54,939 nt of DNA from Bacteroidota bacterium (GTDB lineage Bacteria > Bacteroidota > Bacteroidia > Bacteroidales > VadinHA17): contig JADFUQ010000311.1 of assembly GCA_015222065.1 (NCBI GenBank), positions 1 through 54,939 of the forward strand. The letters are read 5' to 3'. The notes below the pieces were generated by a model. The model ran no database searches. It had not been told where the DNA came from and saw nothing but the letters and a program-made list of their open reading frames with translations. This document shows positions 7,901-16,701 of the stretch, one piece after another; position 1 is the first letter of the stretch, and each line of letters starts with the position of its first letter. A program made the position numbers and the translations under genes.

Positions 7901-9114
7901 ATAGGTCCGGTTACCAGTAAAGTAAGTTTAAGGTGTCCTGTTTCTCTGAATTTTTCAATTATTTCTTGATTCTTAAACATTTTGTTGATCAGCCGAAAGC
8001 TTGTTTCAATCCTTTTTCTGGCTATTATTCTTGTAGGCTGCATAAACATAATATTCTCAGCCAGGAAATTTGCTTTCGCCTTTGTTTTACTTCCAATTAG
8101 TATTGGTCTTGGATTATTTTTAATAACCAGTCTGTTTTCAATAACATCTTTTACCGAATAACTTATCAGTGTATTTTTATACCTGCTCAATATTTTCTCA
8201 AATTGGTAATAAGTATTGATCTTTATTCTTTTGCTTGGGTTTTTATACTCTTCCGCATCAACTGCTGTTCCTATCAAGCCTATATTTGCCGGATTATGTC
8301 CGTTTTTTTCAATAAGGTGATCGCTTTGGCTTTGGTTAATATTGACGGAAATCCATGATCTTGATTCCCATGGGAATAATATTTCAATAATGCTAAAAAA
8401 CTCACCAATATGCGAGTTAATGAAGAAAAAATCTCTTGGTCCTTTTTCCAGATCTTTCTCTCTGATATCTATTTCTCTATTCCCTCCCTCCCAATAAAAA
8501 TCATGATTATTACAAATTACGGGGATTCCCATAATTTCCGATACCAGTACGGTTGCCAATGCAAATGATACATTTCCCGGGTTTGAACATATATTAACAA
8601 TGAACAGTAATTTAATGTTGTTTTTTTCTATGTATTTTCCCAGTTTTTCGGAAATCACAAGTACTTCCTTCCAAAATTTCAGGATAAGTTTGTTATATTC
8701 CTTGCTTCCTCTTTCCAATTTAGTATAGAAAAAATCATTGTACAATGGCCAGCTATCAAAGCTTTTCGCTTCCTTTATTACAAATATTCTGGTTTCCGGA
8801 TCCACAATTTTTTCTGCTTCCGGCTTAAATTCCCCGCTAATATAATGTATTGGTATACTACCCAAATTTTTCCTGTATAGTTTTGCATATTTTTCTATTT
8901 CAATGGTCACACCATCAATCGAATAACTAAATGTTACAAAACCAATTCCTCCTTTTTTTAATTCACTCCTGAAATCATTAAAACTATTGTTGTATTCAAC
9001 TGCCGGAACTGAATTATTTTCTTTTAATTCATCTAAAAACAAACCCAGGTCAAACCATGTTTTTATTTTTTTCTGGTTTAACAACTTTATCATTTCTGTA
9101 ACTGTTTTTTTCAT
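4918..9114 (-). CDS. 1398-aa multidomain protein: GT4-like glycosyltransferase + unassigned middle region + phosphodiester glycosidase (NAGPA/DUF2233-like) C-terminal domain
   Basis: No signal peptide or TM helix. Residues about 55-590 align by eye with the 429-aa GT4 (GIGFVTFSYSIDGVTIEIEKY, NNHDFYWEGGNRE, E-x7-E in SETEGRGLPIIEAAAYGIPIF). The last ~318 aa (VQIGWNGGY...GPKIAAGLDKNGNMYILAVNGR...GFDPGGSSTIVVDG) resemble the phosphodiester glycosidase family. Confidence 0.7.
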   Translation of the reverse strand: MKKTVTEMIKLLNQKKIKTWFDLGLFLDELKENNSVPAVEYNNSFNDFRSELKKGGIGFVTFSYSIDGVTIEIEKYAKLYRKNLGSIPIHYISGEFKPEAEKIVDPETRIFVIKEAKSFDSWPLYNDFFYTKLERGSKEYNKLILKFWKEVLVISEKLGKYIEKNNIKLLFIVNICSNPGNVSFALATVLVSEIMGIPVICNNHDFYWEGGNREIDIREKDLEKGPRDFFFINSHIGEFFSIIEILFPWESRSWISVNINQSQSDHLIEKNGHNPANIGLIGTAVDAEEYKNPSKRIKINTYYQFEKILSRYKNTLISYSVKDVIENRLVIKNNPRPILIGSKTKAKANFLAENIMFMQPTRIIARKRIETSFRLINKMFKNQEIIEKFRETGHLKLTLLVTGPIANGQFNYFNKILKRFSDLLRSINKDLQEKIYLAFLFSELDKEKFLKRFKNPVGIPELYNIASLILLPSETEGRGLPIIEAAAYGIPIFCSRYYPENVYSDVIGENLPEEDRLRVIEFDGKNINKEHVKDIFERVFFPHNFSDEYEQNINAVNKRYSLETLYQNIKDINFRLYNQLKTNAQCMEKVKDGFNKYRDLINNNNEGLKEIIKTEKRHYLPGYGRLLFMLKLKSLIDPSYFRVEEQEVRGMAFMFAKDLINNNPDHVFIEEEKIAKFYNSVDNIFRYREGEIKIRHDHSMSYRHRNKYHYAYREFTIQEITGLINLLYHEIIRPTTAYYVDTGSHFFTDWNLALSQLTSSKYLAIDDREELLKRMHENVPIGIFSGRHIMHELEFFALQSVRSRLNLKIEEELTKEKLSGHEAEIEPVFLFAQEKSIRQWADADEIIKYIKNSGDRELKLLYEKRILRIVRTKQLCVGIHFLQLGEKALKILWQIKNSKGFIISNRRNAVVMTDILDIDRFHIGRVKDDITANIMGIPRGTGYIQFVPAGMRPTLAYPTPIQTAKDFSEELNGDLFKSLCKKIGKEKVLEELKKDAEQNGSPVKFVLNNLKSKKQKILQPVKYSYLTGVYNDGHPWNGVLAKIETNLQGKKWSFTTVFTKSRPKKVTDFIKEFEKREKKKVQIGWNGGYILNPELVGKLGLPEAYIGSPLGLLIKNGRIICPPLYNKPAFLVKKDGKLDILRVNCSKGLEIKCENKIIDFTEKQYNIKTPGNKVCYYDLNFDREYIPGDGRIIIRLAGNTIKDVVHTKKEEKTKIIPVGLTLSFPAGLIPESMKKTGRELSIKIKGLEKYIHGIEAGPMLVERNNPCLDMQKEGWKTKNSIRTQAARIDYTDMRGPKIAAGLDKNGNMYILAVNGRIRESVGATHHDMAEILIKQGIENAMGFDPGGSSTIVVDGIPLNISPYNSEYEKNVYSMPPEPRAVSNAVLAVLEDKKNRMVE

Positions 9115-9180
9115 AAAGCTATATCTTCATTTTATAACAGTGAAATATGGCATGCATTTTACATTCTTCTAAAGAGTTAC

Positions 9181-9205
9181 TGGTTAATGGTTAATGGTTA
9201 ATGGG
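9181..9205. repeat. GGTTAAT heptamer x3 tandem array
   Basis: tggttaatggttaatggttaatggg. TAA recurs every 7 nt, so it falls in all three frames. Confidence 0.85.
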
Positions 9206-9240
9206 TTGACAGGTACTGGTACCGGTCTTTTAACCTTGAA

Positions 9241-9290
9241 TTCTTAATTCTTCCTTACTCAACTACTCACTTTACTCACCCTACTTAACT
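9241..9290. repeat. G-poor word array (CTTACTC/CTACTCAC words)
   Basis: ttcttaattcttccttactcaactactcactttactcaccctacttaac, upstream of the VanZ-like gene. Confidence 0.8.
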
Positions 9291-9396
9291 ATAAATACTG
9301 ATTAGTTACTAAATATAGGAATTTATCAGCTAATATTTTGTTTTGTTTGTTTTTTTAGCTTTGTGTTGTTTATTTATTCTGTTAATTTTTTATTCA

Positions 9397-9771
9397 ATGT
9401 TTATAAAATCCTTTTGGCCGGCTGTTATCTGGGGAATTTTTATTTTCATTATGAGTTCCTTTCCGGGTGATGACATTCCCAAATCATTTATAATTAACAT
9501 TCCTTACACAGATAAAATTATTCACTTTTTTATGTATTTTCTGCTAACGATATTAATTATGATTGGTACTTTAAAAAAAGTTAAAAACATTTTAACCATC
9601 CGGTATTTCATGTTTGCTTTTTTTATTTCTTTTTTTTACGGTTTTTTTCTGGAGGTTTTGCAGGATTATGTATTTATAATGCGTAATGCAAATTTTATGG
9701 ATGTTATTGCTAATTCTGCAGGCTCTTTTATTGGTTTATTTACCTTTTACTACATTATTCTAAAAAAATAA
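9397..9771 (+). CDS. VanZ-like family membrane protein
   Basis: Motifs DKIIHFFMYFLL and LEVLQ...R..NFMDVIANSAGSFIG are typical of VanZ-like proteins. ATG at 9397 is preferred over the TTG at 9343 given in the ORF track. Confidence 0.7.
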   Translation: MFIKSFWPAVIWGIFIFIMSSFPGDDIPKSFIINIPYTDKIIHFFMYFLLTILIMIGTLKKVKNILTIRYFMFAFFISFFYGFFLEVLQDYVFIMRNANFMDVIANSAGSFIGLFTFYYIILKK

Positions 9772-9814
9772 ACACTTCATTCATATATGCCAATGATTTC
9801 TGTTATAAAACCAA

Positions 9815-10258
9815 TTATGTCAATCTGGGTATTTTTTTTATCCTTCGTTCGTGTCTTCCTCCATCAAACGGAGTATTCAGAAATACTTTAATTATGGCAA
9901 TTGCTTGTGCCTGATTAATAAATCTTCCCGGAAGAGAACAAATATTTGCATTATTGTGTGATCGTGCAAGTTCAGCTATTTCAATATTCCAGCACAAAGC
10001 AGATCTTATTCCCGGATATTTATTAGCAACCATATTTATTCCGTTTCCACTACCACAAATACTTATTCCATAATCATATTCTTTATTTTCCACAGCTCTT
10101 ACCATAGGGTGACCATAATCAGGATAATCTACACTTTTTTCCGAATCAGTTCCATAATCTCTTATTTTATATCCCTCTTTTATCAGGTATTTAACAAGTA
10201 TTTCTTTTATATAAAATCCTGCGTGATCACAAACAATAGCAATATTTATTTTATCCAT
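9815..10258 (-). CDS. rpiB: ribose 5-phosphate isomerase B
   Basis: 147 aa. IAIVCDHAGF, ICGSGNGI and FDGGRHERR are RpiB/LacAB-type motifs. Confidence 0.9.
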   Translation of the reverse strand: MDKINIAIVCDHAGFYIKEILVKYLIKEGYKIRDYGTDSEKSVDYPDYGHPMVRAVENKEYDYGISICGSGNGINMVANKYPGIRSALCWNIEIAELARSHNNANICSLPGRFINQAQAIAIIKVFLNTPFDGGRHERRIKKIPRLT

Positions 10259-10392
10259 TTTTAAAAAAAATTATAATTATTGATTATTAGTAATTGCATT
10301 CTTGTTATTTATTAGTTTTCAGAATAAATGTTTCATATTTCGGTTACAATTTATGCATACTTTTAAAGCATAATAAGTATACGAATTTTGCG

Positions 10393-10496
10393 AACTTTTT
10401 ACTTCATACTTCTTACTTCTTCACTCATCTCTTCTTTTTCCTCCTTACTCATCTACTCAACTTACTTAACTTTAGTTCACTTTAGGCACTTTTAAC
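10393..10496. repeat. G-poor word array (CTTCTTAC/CTCATC/CACTTTAG words)
   Basis: 10393-10474 (82 nt) contains no G. Confidence 0.8.
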
Positions 10497-10882
10497 TTTT
10501 TATTAATATTCTGTTCATTATTTGTTGAATAGATAAATAAAAATTTAATAAATACTTAATAATTTTTTTTTTTTATCATTTAGTAATAAAAAAAATGTTA
10601 TATCAAAAAATAGTTATTTACTAAATAACGCCATGAAATGAACAAAAATTTCTGATTTTTCATTAAATATTTTTAAAATTATAACTCATTTATTCCTTTT
10701 AACAGTTGTTAATTTTTATAATAATACATTGAATCACAACCTGTTTTTTTTGTAATATTGTTGAAATATTGTTTTTAACTTTTTAAAAACAAAATATACA
10801 ACAATTATGTTGATTATTTTTTAACACAATTAACAATATATTATTAATATAATAATTATTAAAATATATATAATATAATAAT

Positions 10883-11881
10883 ATGAATGTTGATAAATAC
10901 AATATAAAAGAAAAGGGTTTTGTTGATATTAAAATTGATAATGCATTGAATATCAATAATGAAATTAATAAATTAAGAAAAAGTAAAAATGCTGTTATAC
11001 TGGCTCATTTTTATCAAAATAGTGAAATACAAGATATTGCAGATTTTGTAGGAGATAGTCTTGGTTTATCACAACAGGCAGCGAAAACAAATTCTGATAT
11101 AATTATTTTTGCCGGTGTACATTTTATGGCTGAAACTGCAAAAATATTGTCACCTAAGAAAAAAGTATTATTGCCGGATTTAAATGCTGGTTGTTCACTA
11201 GCAGAATCTTGTCCGGAGAATGAATTTGCTGAGTTTTTAAAAAAATATCCTGATCACACTGTTATATCATATGTTAATACAACTACAGAAATAAAGGCTT
11301 TAACAGATATTACATGTACTTCATCAAATGTTTTGAAAATAGTAGAATCATTGCCATATGATGAAAAAATAGTATTTGCACCAGATAAAAATCTTGGAAA
11401 TTATGTAAAAAGTTTAACAGGGAGAGAAATGGTTATATGGGACGGAGCCTGTCATGTACATGAAAAATTTTCATTAGAGAAAATACTTAAAATAAAAAAG
11501 GAACACCCTAAAGCAAAGATAATTGCACATCCTGAATGTGAAAAACAAGTGTTGTTAGTGGCTGATCATATAGGATCAACATCATCTTTATTAAAATATA
11601 CAATTGAAGATAATTCAAAAGAATATATTGTTGCAACAGAATCGGGAATTATTCATCAAATGAAAAAGAATAATCCGGAGAAGATATTTTTTGTTGCTCC
11701 TCCAAAAGATTCAACCTGTGGCTGTAATGATTGTAATTTTATGAAACTTATAACAATAGATAAAATTTATAATACTCTGAAATATGAAACACCTGAAATA
11801 ATAATTGATGAGAAATTAAGAAAAAAAGCTGAAACAAGTATTATAAAAATGTTAAAAATAAGTGAAAAATTGGGATTATAA
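10883..11881 (+). CDS. nadA: quinolinate synthase
   Basis: 332 aa. ILAHFYQNSEIQDIADFVGDSL, GVHFMAETAKIL and conserved Cys residues are NadA-type. Confidence 0.9.
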   Translation: MNVDKYNIKEKGFVDIKIDNALNINNEINKLRKSKNAVILAHFYQNSEIQDIADFVGDSLGLSQQAAKTNSDIIIFAGVHFMAETAKILSPKKKVLLPDLNAGCSLAESCPENEFAEFLKKYPDHTVISYVNTTTEIKALTDITCTSSNVLKIVESLPYDEKIVFAPDKNLGNYVKSLTGREMVIWDGACHVHEKFSLEKILKIKKEHPKAKIIAHPECEKQVLLVADHIGSTSSLLKYTIEDNSKEYIVATESGIIHQMKKNNPEKIFFVAPPKDSTCGCNDCNFMKLITIDKIYNTLKYETPEIIIDEKLRKKAETSIIKMLKISEKLGL

Positions 11882-11959
11882 GGGATTTTATTTAAAATTA
11901 GAAATACACCTTCTTTGATGGTGGTTATGTTCTTTTTTTGTTTTACTAAGATGGGAGAA

Positions 11960-13534
11960 ATGAGAAAAAATATTGTTTTTTTTATATTATTTATTTTTCT
12001 GATAACAGGACATTTATCTTTAAAAGGACAGGAAAACACATTAAATCAAAACGGATTTAACAGGTTTTTTTATCCAAATGGTCAGGTATCAAGTGAAGGA
12101 AATATGAAAGATGGAAAACCGGATGGATATTGGTGGACATATTATGTTACAGGAGTATTAAAATCAGAAGGTAATAGAAAAAATTATTTGTTGGATAGTA
12201 TTTGGGTATTTTATAGCCTGTCTGCAGATACTCTTAAAAAGATAAACTATTTATACGGGAAGAAAAATGGTTTTTATTTAACATATAACTATGAAAATAT
12301 TAATAAAACAGAGGGTTATCTATATTCTAAGGAACTGTATGTGAATGATAAAAAAGAAGGGAAAGCTTATTATTACTATGATAATAATAAAGTGAAAATG
12401 GAGGTAAATTATTTAAACGGAAAAAAGAACGGAAGAGCATTTGAATATAATAAAGAGGGTAAAATAATTACAATATTTGAATATAATAAAGACAGGCTAA
12501 TTAACAGGGAGCGGATAAACAGAATAGATGAAAAAGGAGATAAACAAGGTATTTGGAGAAAATTTTATGAAGATGGGAAAGTAAACATTGAAAAAGGCTA
12601 TAAGAATAATCAACTGGAGGGATACTATAAAAAATATGACAGAAAAGGAAACCTGATACTTACTTTGCGTTACGAAAATGATGTAATTGTTGAAGATAAT
12701 GCCGTAGATGATCAGGAAGAGATTGAAATAAGAAAAGAATATGATAATGATGGGAATCTTAAATTTAGCGGACCATACAAAAGAAATACTCCTATTGGCA
12801 TTCACAGGGAATATTCAAAGGATGGAGAGATTATAAATTCAAAAATATATGATAATAATGGTAATGTAGTTTCAGTTGGGATTGTTAATGAAAAAGGAGA
12901 AAAACAAGGGAACTGGAAAAATTATTATACAAAAGACAAATTGCTTTCAGAAGGACAATACGTGGATAATAAAAAAACCGGGATATGGAAATACTGTTTC
13001 AAAAATGGAAGAATTGAGCAAACAGGGAAATACAGAAACGGAAAACCTAATGAATTATGGAAATGGTATTATAATAGCGGAAAATTAATAAAAGAAGAAG
13101 AGTATTTTAATGGTAAAAGGGATGGTGTTTATACTGAATATTCTGAAAATGGAGATGTTATTTCTGAAGGTTATTTCCTTGATGGTGAAATGGATGGGTC
13201 TTGGAGAACAAAAATAGGAGACCACAGTGAAGTAGGCAAATATATCGTGGGATTGAAAAGCGATATCTGGAAACATTTTTATGAAGACGGATCGTTGAAA
13301 TACAAAGGAAAATTTATAAATGGTAACCCTGAAGGAAGACACCAGATATTCTGGCAGAATGGAAATATGAAAGAGGAGAGATATTATAATAACGGGCGCA
13401 GAGAAAAAACGTGGAAAAAATATAACGAAGACGGAAACCTTATAATGACAATAACATACAAAGATGATAAGGAATACAGAGTAAATGGTGTGAAACTTAA
13501 CCTACCCGAAAACGATGTAAAACTTATAAAATAA
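11960..13534 (+). CDS. secreted MORN-variant / YwqK-type repeat protein
   Basis: Signal peptide [24 protein letters not shown], then many G-x-W-x-x-Y-Y-x-x-G-x-L repeats. The ORF is open from 11915; ATGs at 11918, 11951 and 11960 are alternative starts. Confidence 0.75.
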   Translation: MRKNIVFFILFIFLITGHLSLKGQENTLNQNGFNRFFYPNGQVSSEGNMKDGKPDGYWWTYYVTGVLKSEGNRKNYLLDSIWVFYSLSADTLKKINYLYGKKNGFYLTYNYENINKTEGYLYSKELYVNDKKEGKAYYYYDNNKVKMEVNYLNGKKNGRAFEYNKEGKIITIFEYNKDRLINRERINRIDEKGDKQGIWRKFYEDGKVNIEKGYKNNQLEGYYKKYDRKGNLILTLRYENDVIVEDNAVDDQEEIEIRKEYDNDGNLKFSGPYKRNTPIGIHREYSKDGEIINSKIYDNNGNVVSVGIVNEKGEKQGNWKNYYTKDKLLSEGQYVDNKKTGIWKYCFKNGRIEQTGKYRNGKPNELWKWYYNSGKLIKEEEYFNGKRDGVYTEYSENGDVISEGYFLDGEMDGSWRTKIGDHSEVGKYIVGLKSDIWKHFYEDGSLKYKGKFINGNPEGRHQIFWQNGNMKEERYYNNGRREKTWKKYNEDGNLIMTITYKDDKEYRVNGVKLNLPENDVKLIK

Positions 13535-13536
13535 AA

Positions 13537-14571
13537 ATGTTCGGGATGGATGAAAAAATAAATATAAGAAAAGAAAAACTTTCACAGGGAGAAAATGAAT
13601 ATGAACAAAAACTTCGCCCCCTGGAATTTAGAGATTTCAAAGGGCAGAATAAGATAATTAACAATCTTAAAGTATTTGTAGAAGCTACCAGGCAAAGATC
13701 AGAAGCACTGGATCATGTTTTACTGCACGGTCCACCGGGACTTGGTAAAACAACTCTTGCATACATAATTGCAAACGAGATGGATGTAAATATGAAAATC
13801 ACTTCAGGTCCGGTTCTTGATAAACCCGGTGATCTTGCGGGTTTACTTACTAATCTTGAAAAATCAGATGTGCTTTTTATTGATGAAATACATCGTTTAA
13901 GTCCTGTTGTAGAAGAATACTTGTATTCTGCAATGGAGGATTACTTTATTGATATAATGATAGATAAAGGTCCGGGAGCCAGATCGGTTCAATTAGAACT
14001 CAATCCATTTACCCTTGTGGGTGCCACAACAAGATCCGGACTGCTTACAAGTCCGCTAAGAGCCAGATTTGGAATTAGCTTTCACCTGGAATATTATGAT
14101 AAAAATGTTCTGACAACAATTATAAAAAGATCAGCTAAAATACTTAAAATTAATATTAGTGAGGATGCTGCAGTAGAAATTGCTTCAAGAAGCAGGGGAA
14201 CACCCAGGATAGCAAATATGTTGCTTAGAAGAGTAAGAGATTTTGCACAGGTAAAAGGAAGTGGCGAAATAGATATTGAAATTTCTAAATTTTCTCTTAA
14301 AGCACTGAATATTGATCAGCAAGGACTGGATGAGATGGATAATAAAATCTTATTTACCATTATTGAAAAATTTAGTGGGGGTCCTGTAGGAATATCTACT
14401 ATTGCAACAGCTGTTGGTGAGGATGGCGGTACCATTGAAGAGGTATATGAACCATTTCTAATAAAGGAAGGATATATTAAAAGAACACAAAGAGGACGTG
14501 AGGTAACAGAGAAGGCATATTTACATATTGGTAAAAAAAATATTGGAAGAACAGGATTGTTATTCAAATGA
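13537..14571 (+). CDS. ruvB: Holliday junction branch migration DNA helicase RuvB
   Basis: 344 aa. Walker [35 protein letters not shown]. Confidence 0.95.
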   Translation: MFGMDEKINIRKEKLSQGENEYEQKLRPLEFRDFKGQNKIINNLKVFVEATRQRSEALDHVLLHGPPGLGKTTLAYIIANEMDVNMKITSGPVLDKPGDLAGLLTNLEKSDVLFIDEIHRLSPVVEEYLYSAMEDYFIDIMIDKGPGARSVQLELNPFTLVGATTRSGLLTSPLRARFGISFHLEYYDKNVLTTIIKRSAKILKINISEDAAVEIASRSRGTPRIANMLLRRVRDFAQVKGSGEIDIEISKFSLKALNIDQQGLDEMDNKILFTIIEKFSGGPVGISTIATAVGEDGGTIEEVYEPFLIKEGYIKRTQRGREVTEKAYLHIGKKNIGRTGLLFK

Positions 14572-14596
14572 TCTTGTTTTGACTGGCAAATTTGTA

Positions 14597-14604
14597 TATA
14601 TTTG
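14597..14604 (+). promoter_or_regulatory. Bacteroidota-type -7 box (TAnnTTTG)
   Basis: TATATTTG. A TTTG at 14578-14581 lies 15 nt upstream, which is a shorter spacer than usual. Confidence 0.3.
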
Positions 14605-14693
14605 ACGCATTAAATATTGATATGGCAATAACCATATTAGATTGATTATTATCGCTATAGAACACAAAAAGTAATAAATTAAAAAAACATCAG

Positions 14694-14864
14694 ATGAAAG
14701 AGTATTTTAAACGTTCTGGTCTTATTTTTATTATTGCAGGGGTAGTTACACTTGCAATAACCGAATTTAATAAGGTTGAAAGTAATAAAATGTTGATAAT
14801 TAGTGGAGGACTAATAGTGTTTGGTTTAATTGTTTATGTAATACTAAATAACATGCTTGATTAA
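14694..14864 (+). CDS. small hypothetical two-TM membrane protein (56 aa)
   Basis: ATG..TAA ORF below the ORF-track cutoff: MKEYFKRSGLIFIIAGVVTLAITEFNKVESNKMLIISGGLIVFGLIVYVILNNMLD. Two clear hydrophobic helices. Fills an otherwise empty 356-nt gap. Confidence 0.45.
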   Translation: MKEYFKRSGLIFIIAGVVTLAITEFNKVESNKMLIISGGLIVFGLIVYVILNNMLD

Positions 14865-14927
14865 GCGGAGGTAAGAGAGTAAAAGAATAGATAACTAATA
14901 CAAGGATAAAACAAAATTTACGTTTAA

Positions 14928-15632
14928 CTAAAACAAGTTAACAATTCTTATAAGTCTCTGTTCATCAAGGATTTTAATTTGCCTTCCGTTTAATTCAATT
15001 AACGAATCGGTTTTAAATTCAGACAATAATCGGATAACAGATTCTGTAGCTGTCCCTACAATATTAGCAAGTTCTTGGCGGGTAAGGGAGATTTTCAAAA
15101 CACCATCATCATTAACACCGAATTCATTTTTAAGATGGATAAGAATTTCGGCAAGTCGTGCCCTAACGGTTTTTTGTGCAATATCAGTGATATAAGAATT
15201 TGCTTCACCCAGTTCAAGGCATATTAGTTTAATCAATTCTAACGAAAAATCACCATTATTCTTTATAAGGGAAACAAGGGTCTCACCAGAGATAAAACAA
15301 AATACAGCATCTTCAATTACCTTGGCAGAAGTACATGCAACCTCGTTGCTTAATACAGAACGATAAGCAATTATTTCACCCCTTTTAGCAAAACGGATAA
15401 TTTGTCCCTTGCCATCTACACCTGTTTTGTAAATTTTAATAATACCTTTATTAATACAATAAAAACCATTGATACGGCTTCCCTCATTATATATTATTTT
15501 TCCTCTTTTGTAAGAATAACATTCTTTTTCATAGTTAACACGGTCAAGCTCCTCTTTTTTTAGATGTTTAAATACAGAATGATACAACAAAGAACAATCA
15601 TTACAATCAGGTATATATGAACTATTATTCAT
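14928..15632 (-). CDS. Crp/Fnr family transcriptional regulator
   Basis: 234 aa. cNMP-binding beta-barrel region plus C-terminal HTH (LTRQELANIVGTATESVIRLLSEF). N-terminal C-x2-C (CNDCS). Confidence 0.85.
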   Translation of the reverse strand: MNNSSYIPDCNDCSLLYHSVFKHLKKEELDRVNYEKECYSYKRGKIIYNEGSRINGFYCINKGIIKIYKTGVDGKGQIIRFAKRGEIIAYRSVLSNEVACTSAKVIEDAVFCFISGETLVSLIKNNGDFSLELIKLICLELGEANSYITDIAQKTVRARLAEILIHLKNEFGVNDDGVLKISLTRQELANIVGTATESVIRLLSEFKTDSLIELNGRQIKILDEQRLIRIVNLF

Positions 15633-15900
15633 TTATAGATAGTTAGGATAATTACAAAGATGGAAATAAATATGAAATAATTAAATAAAAATTAAAATAT
15701 GTAAATATTCAGTGTCTTAAGTTTAGAATGTAAAGAATGCTAAAATGATAGAATACTAAAATATCTAAAGGTTTAAATTACTAAACCACTCACCAACTCG
15801 CATCAATTATTTATTCATTATACATTTTTCTAAAGTGTTAAGAGTTACGGGTTGCGAATTACGAGTTCACGCCTCTTCGGCCTTTGCTCTTCTATCTTAA

Positions 15901-15998
15901 CTTTTGCCCACAGTGAAATATGCTCCACCCTGGTGAAATATTTTCGTGCCTCAAATTTCACAGAGCAAGTGTAGCATTTCACGTGGCAAGCTTTTGCC
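15901..15998. repeat. REP-like GTGAAAT/ATTTCAC hairpin element (long form)
   Basis: cttttgcccacagtgaaatatgctcc...gcatttcacgtggcaagcttttgcc. Both ends match the reverse complement of 35646-35702. Carries an extra internal GTGAAAT..ATTTCAC hairpin. Confidence 0.75.
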
Positions 15999-16062
15999 TT
16001 ACTCAACTTACTCAACTACTCGACTTTTATTCAATTTAAGTACTAATTAGTTACTAAAATAT

Positions 16063-16070
16063 TAATTTTG
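16063..16070 (+). promoter_or_regulatory. Bacteroidota-type -7 box (TAnnTTTG)
   Basis: TAATTTTG lies 30 nt upstream of the ATG at 16100. Confidence 0.4.
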
Positions 16071-16099
16071 GCGATATATATATAGAAATAATAAAATTA

Positions 16100-16534
16100 A
16101 TGAAAGAAACTGTAAATGTGTCACTTAAGGAAGAAATGACTTTTGAAGTTGAAGTAAACGGGCATAAAATTATTATAGATGCAGACGATAAGATTGGAGG
16201 TGGGAATAAAGGACCCAGGCCAAAACCATTAATGCTTGCTGCCCTTGGCGGATGTACAGCTATGGATGTAGTTTCTATTTTAAGAAAAATGAGAATTAAA
16301 TTCAAAGCAGTTAATGTAATTGTTGATGGTGAATTGACGGAGGAACATCCCAGGCATTTCTTCAAAGTGCATATAACATACGAATTTACAGGGAAGGATC
16401 TGCCTTTGGAGAAGCTGGAAAAAGCTGTAAGTCTTTCACAAGACAGATATTGTGGAGTAAGTTATAGCTACAGGAAAGCAATGGAAATGACACACGAAAT
16501 AAAAATAATAGTGCCTAAAATGCCTAAAGTTTAA
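16100..16534 (+). CDS. OsmC family peroxiredoxin-like protein
   Basis: 144 aa. OsmC-type GGCTAMDV motif and a second Cys (RYCGV). Confidence 0.8.
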   Translation: MKETVNVSLKEEMTFEVEVNGHKIIIDADDKIGGGNKGPRPKPLMLAALGGCTAMDVVSILRKMRIKFKAVNVIVDGELTEEHPRHFFKVHITYEFTGKDLPLEKLEKAVSLSQDRYCGVSYSYRKAMEMTHEIKIIVPKMPKV

Positions 16535-16570
16535 AGTGGGCTAATATTCTAAATTAATAGTAACTAGTAA

Positions 16571-16686
16571 GTAGGCAGTCCACAGTCGGCAGTCGGCAAT
16601 CTGGAGACCACGCTCTTCTTATTTACTCATCACATCTTTGACTTTTTGACCCTTCGGCTTTTGACCTTTTTTATTCTTCCTTCTGT
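16571..16686. repeat. GGCAGTC word array followed by G-poor array (TTTGAC/CTTCTT words)
   Basis: gtaggcagtccacagtcggcagtcggcaat, then ctcttcttatttactcatcacatctttgactttttgacccttcggcttttgacc. Related words occur at 831-841, 20852-20877 and 32563-32590 (rc). Confidence 0.75.
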
Positions 16687-16701
16687 TTATCACCTGCCTT
16701 T

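Noticed and set aside
10500-10882. Replication origin (oriC) in the extreme AT tract
   Set aside because: No TTATCCACA-type DnaA boxes occur in the spacer, and there is no dnaA or dnaN nearby. The only perfect DnaA-box 9-mer I saw (TGTGGATAA, 19418-19426) is a lone occurrence inside the flippase CDS.
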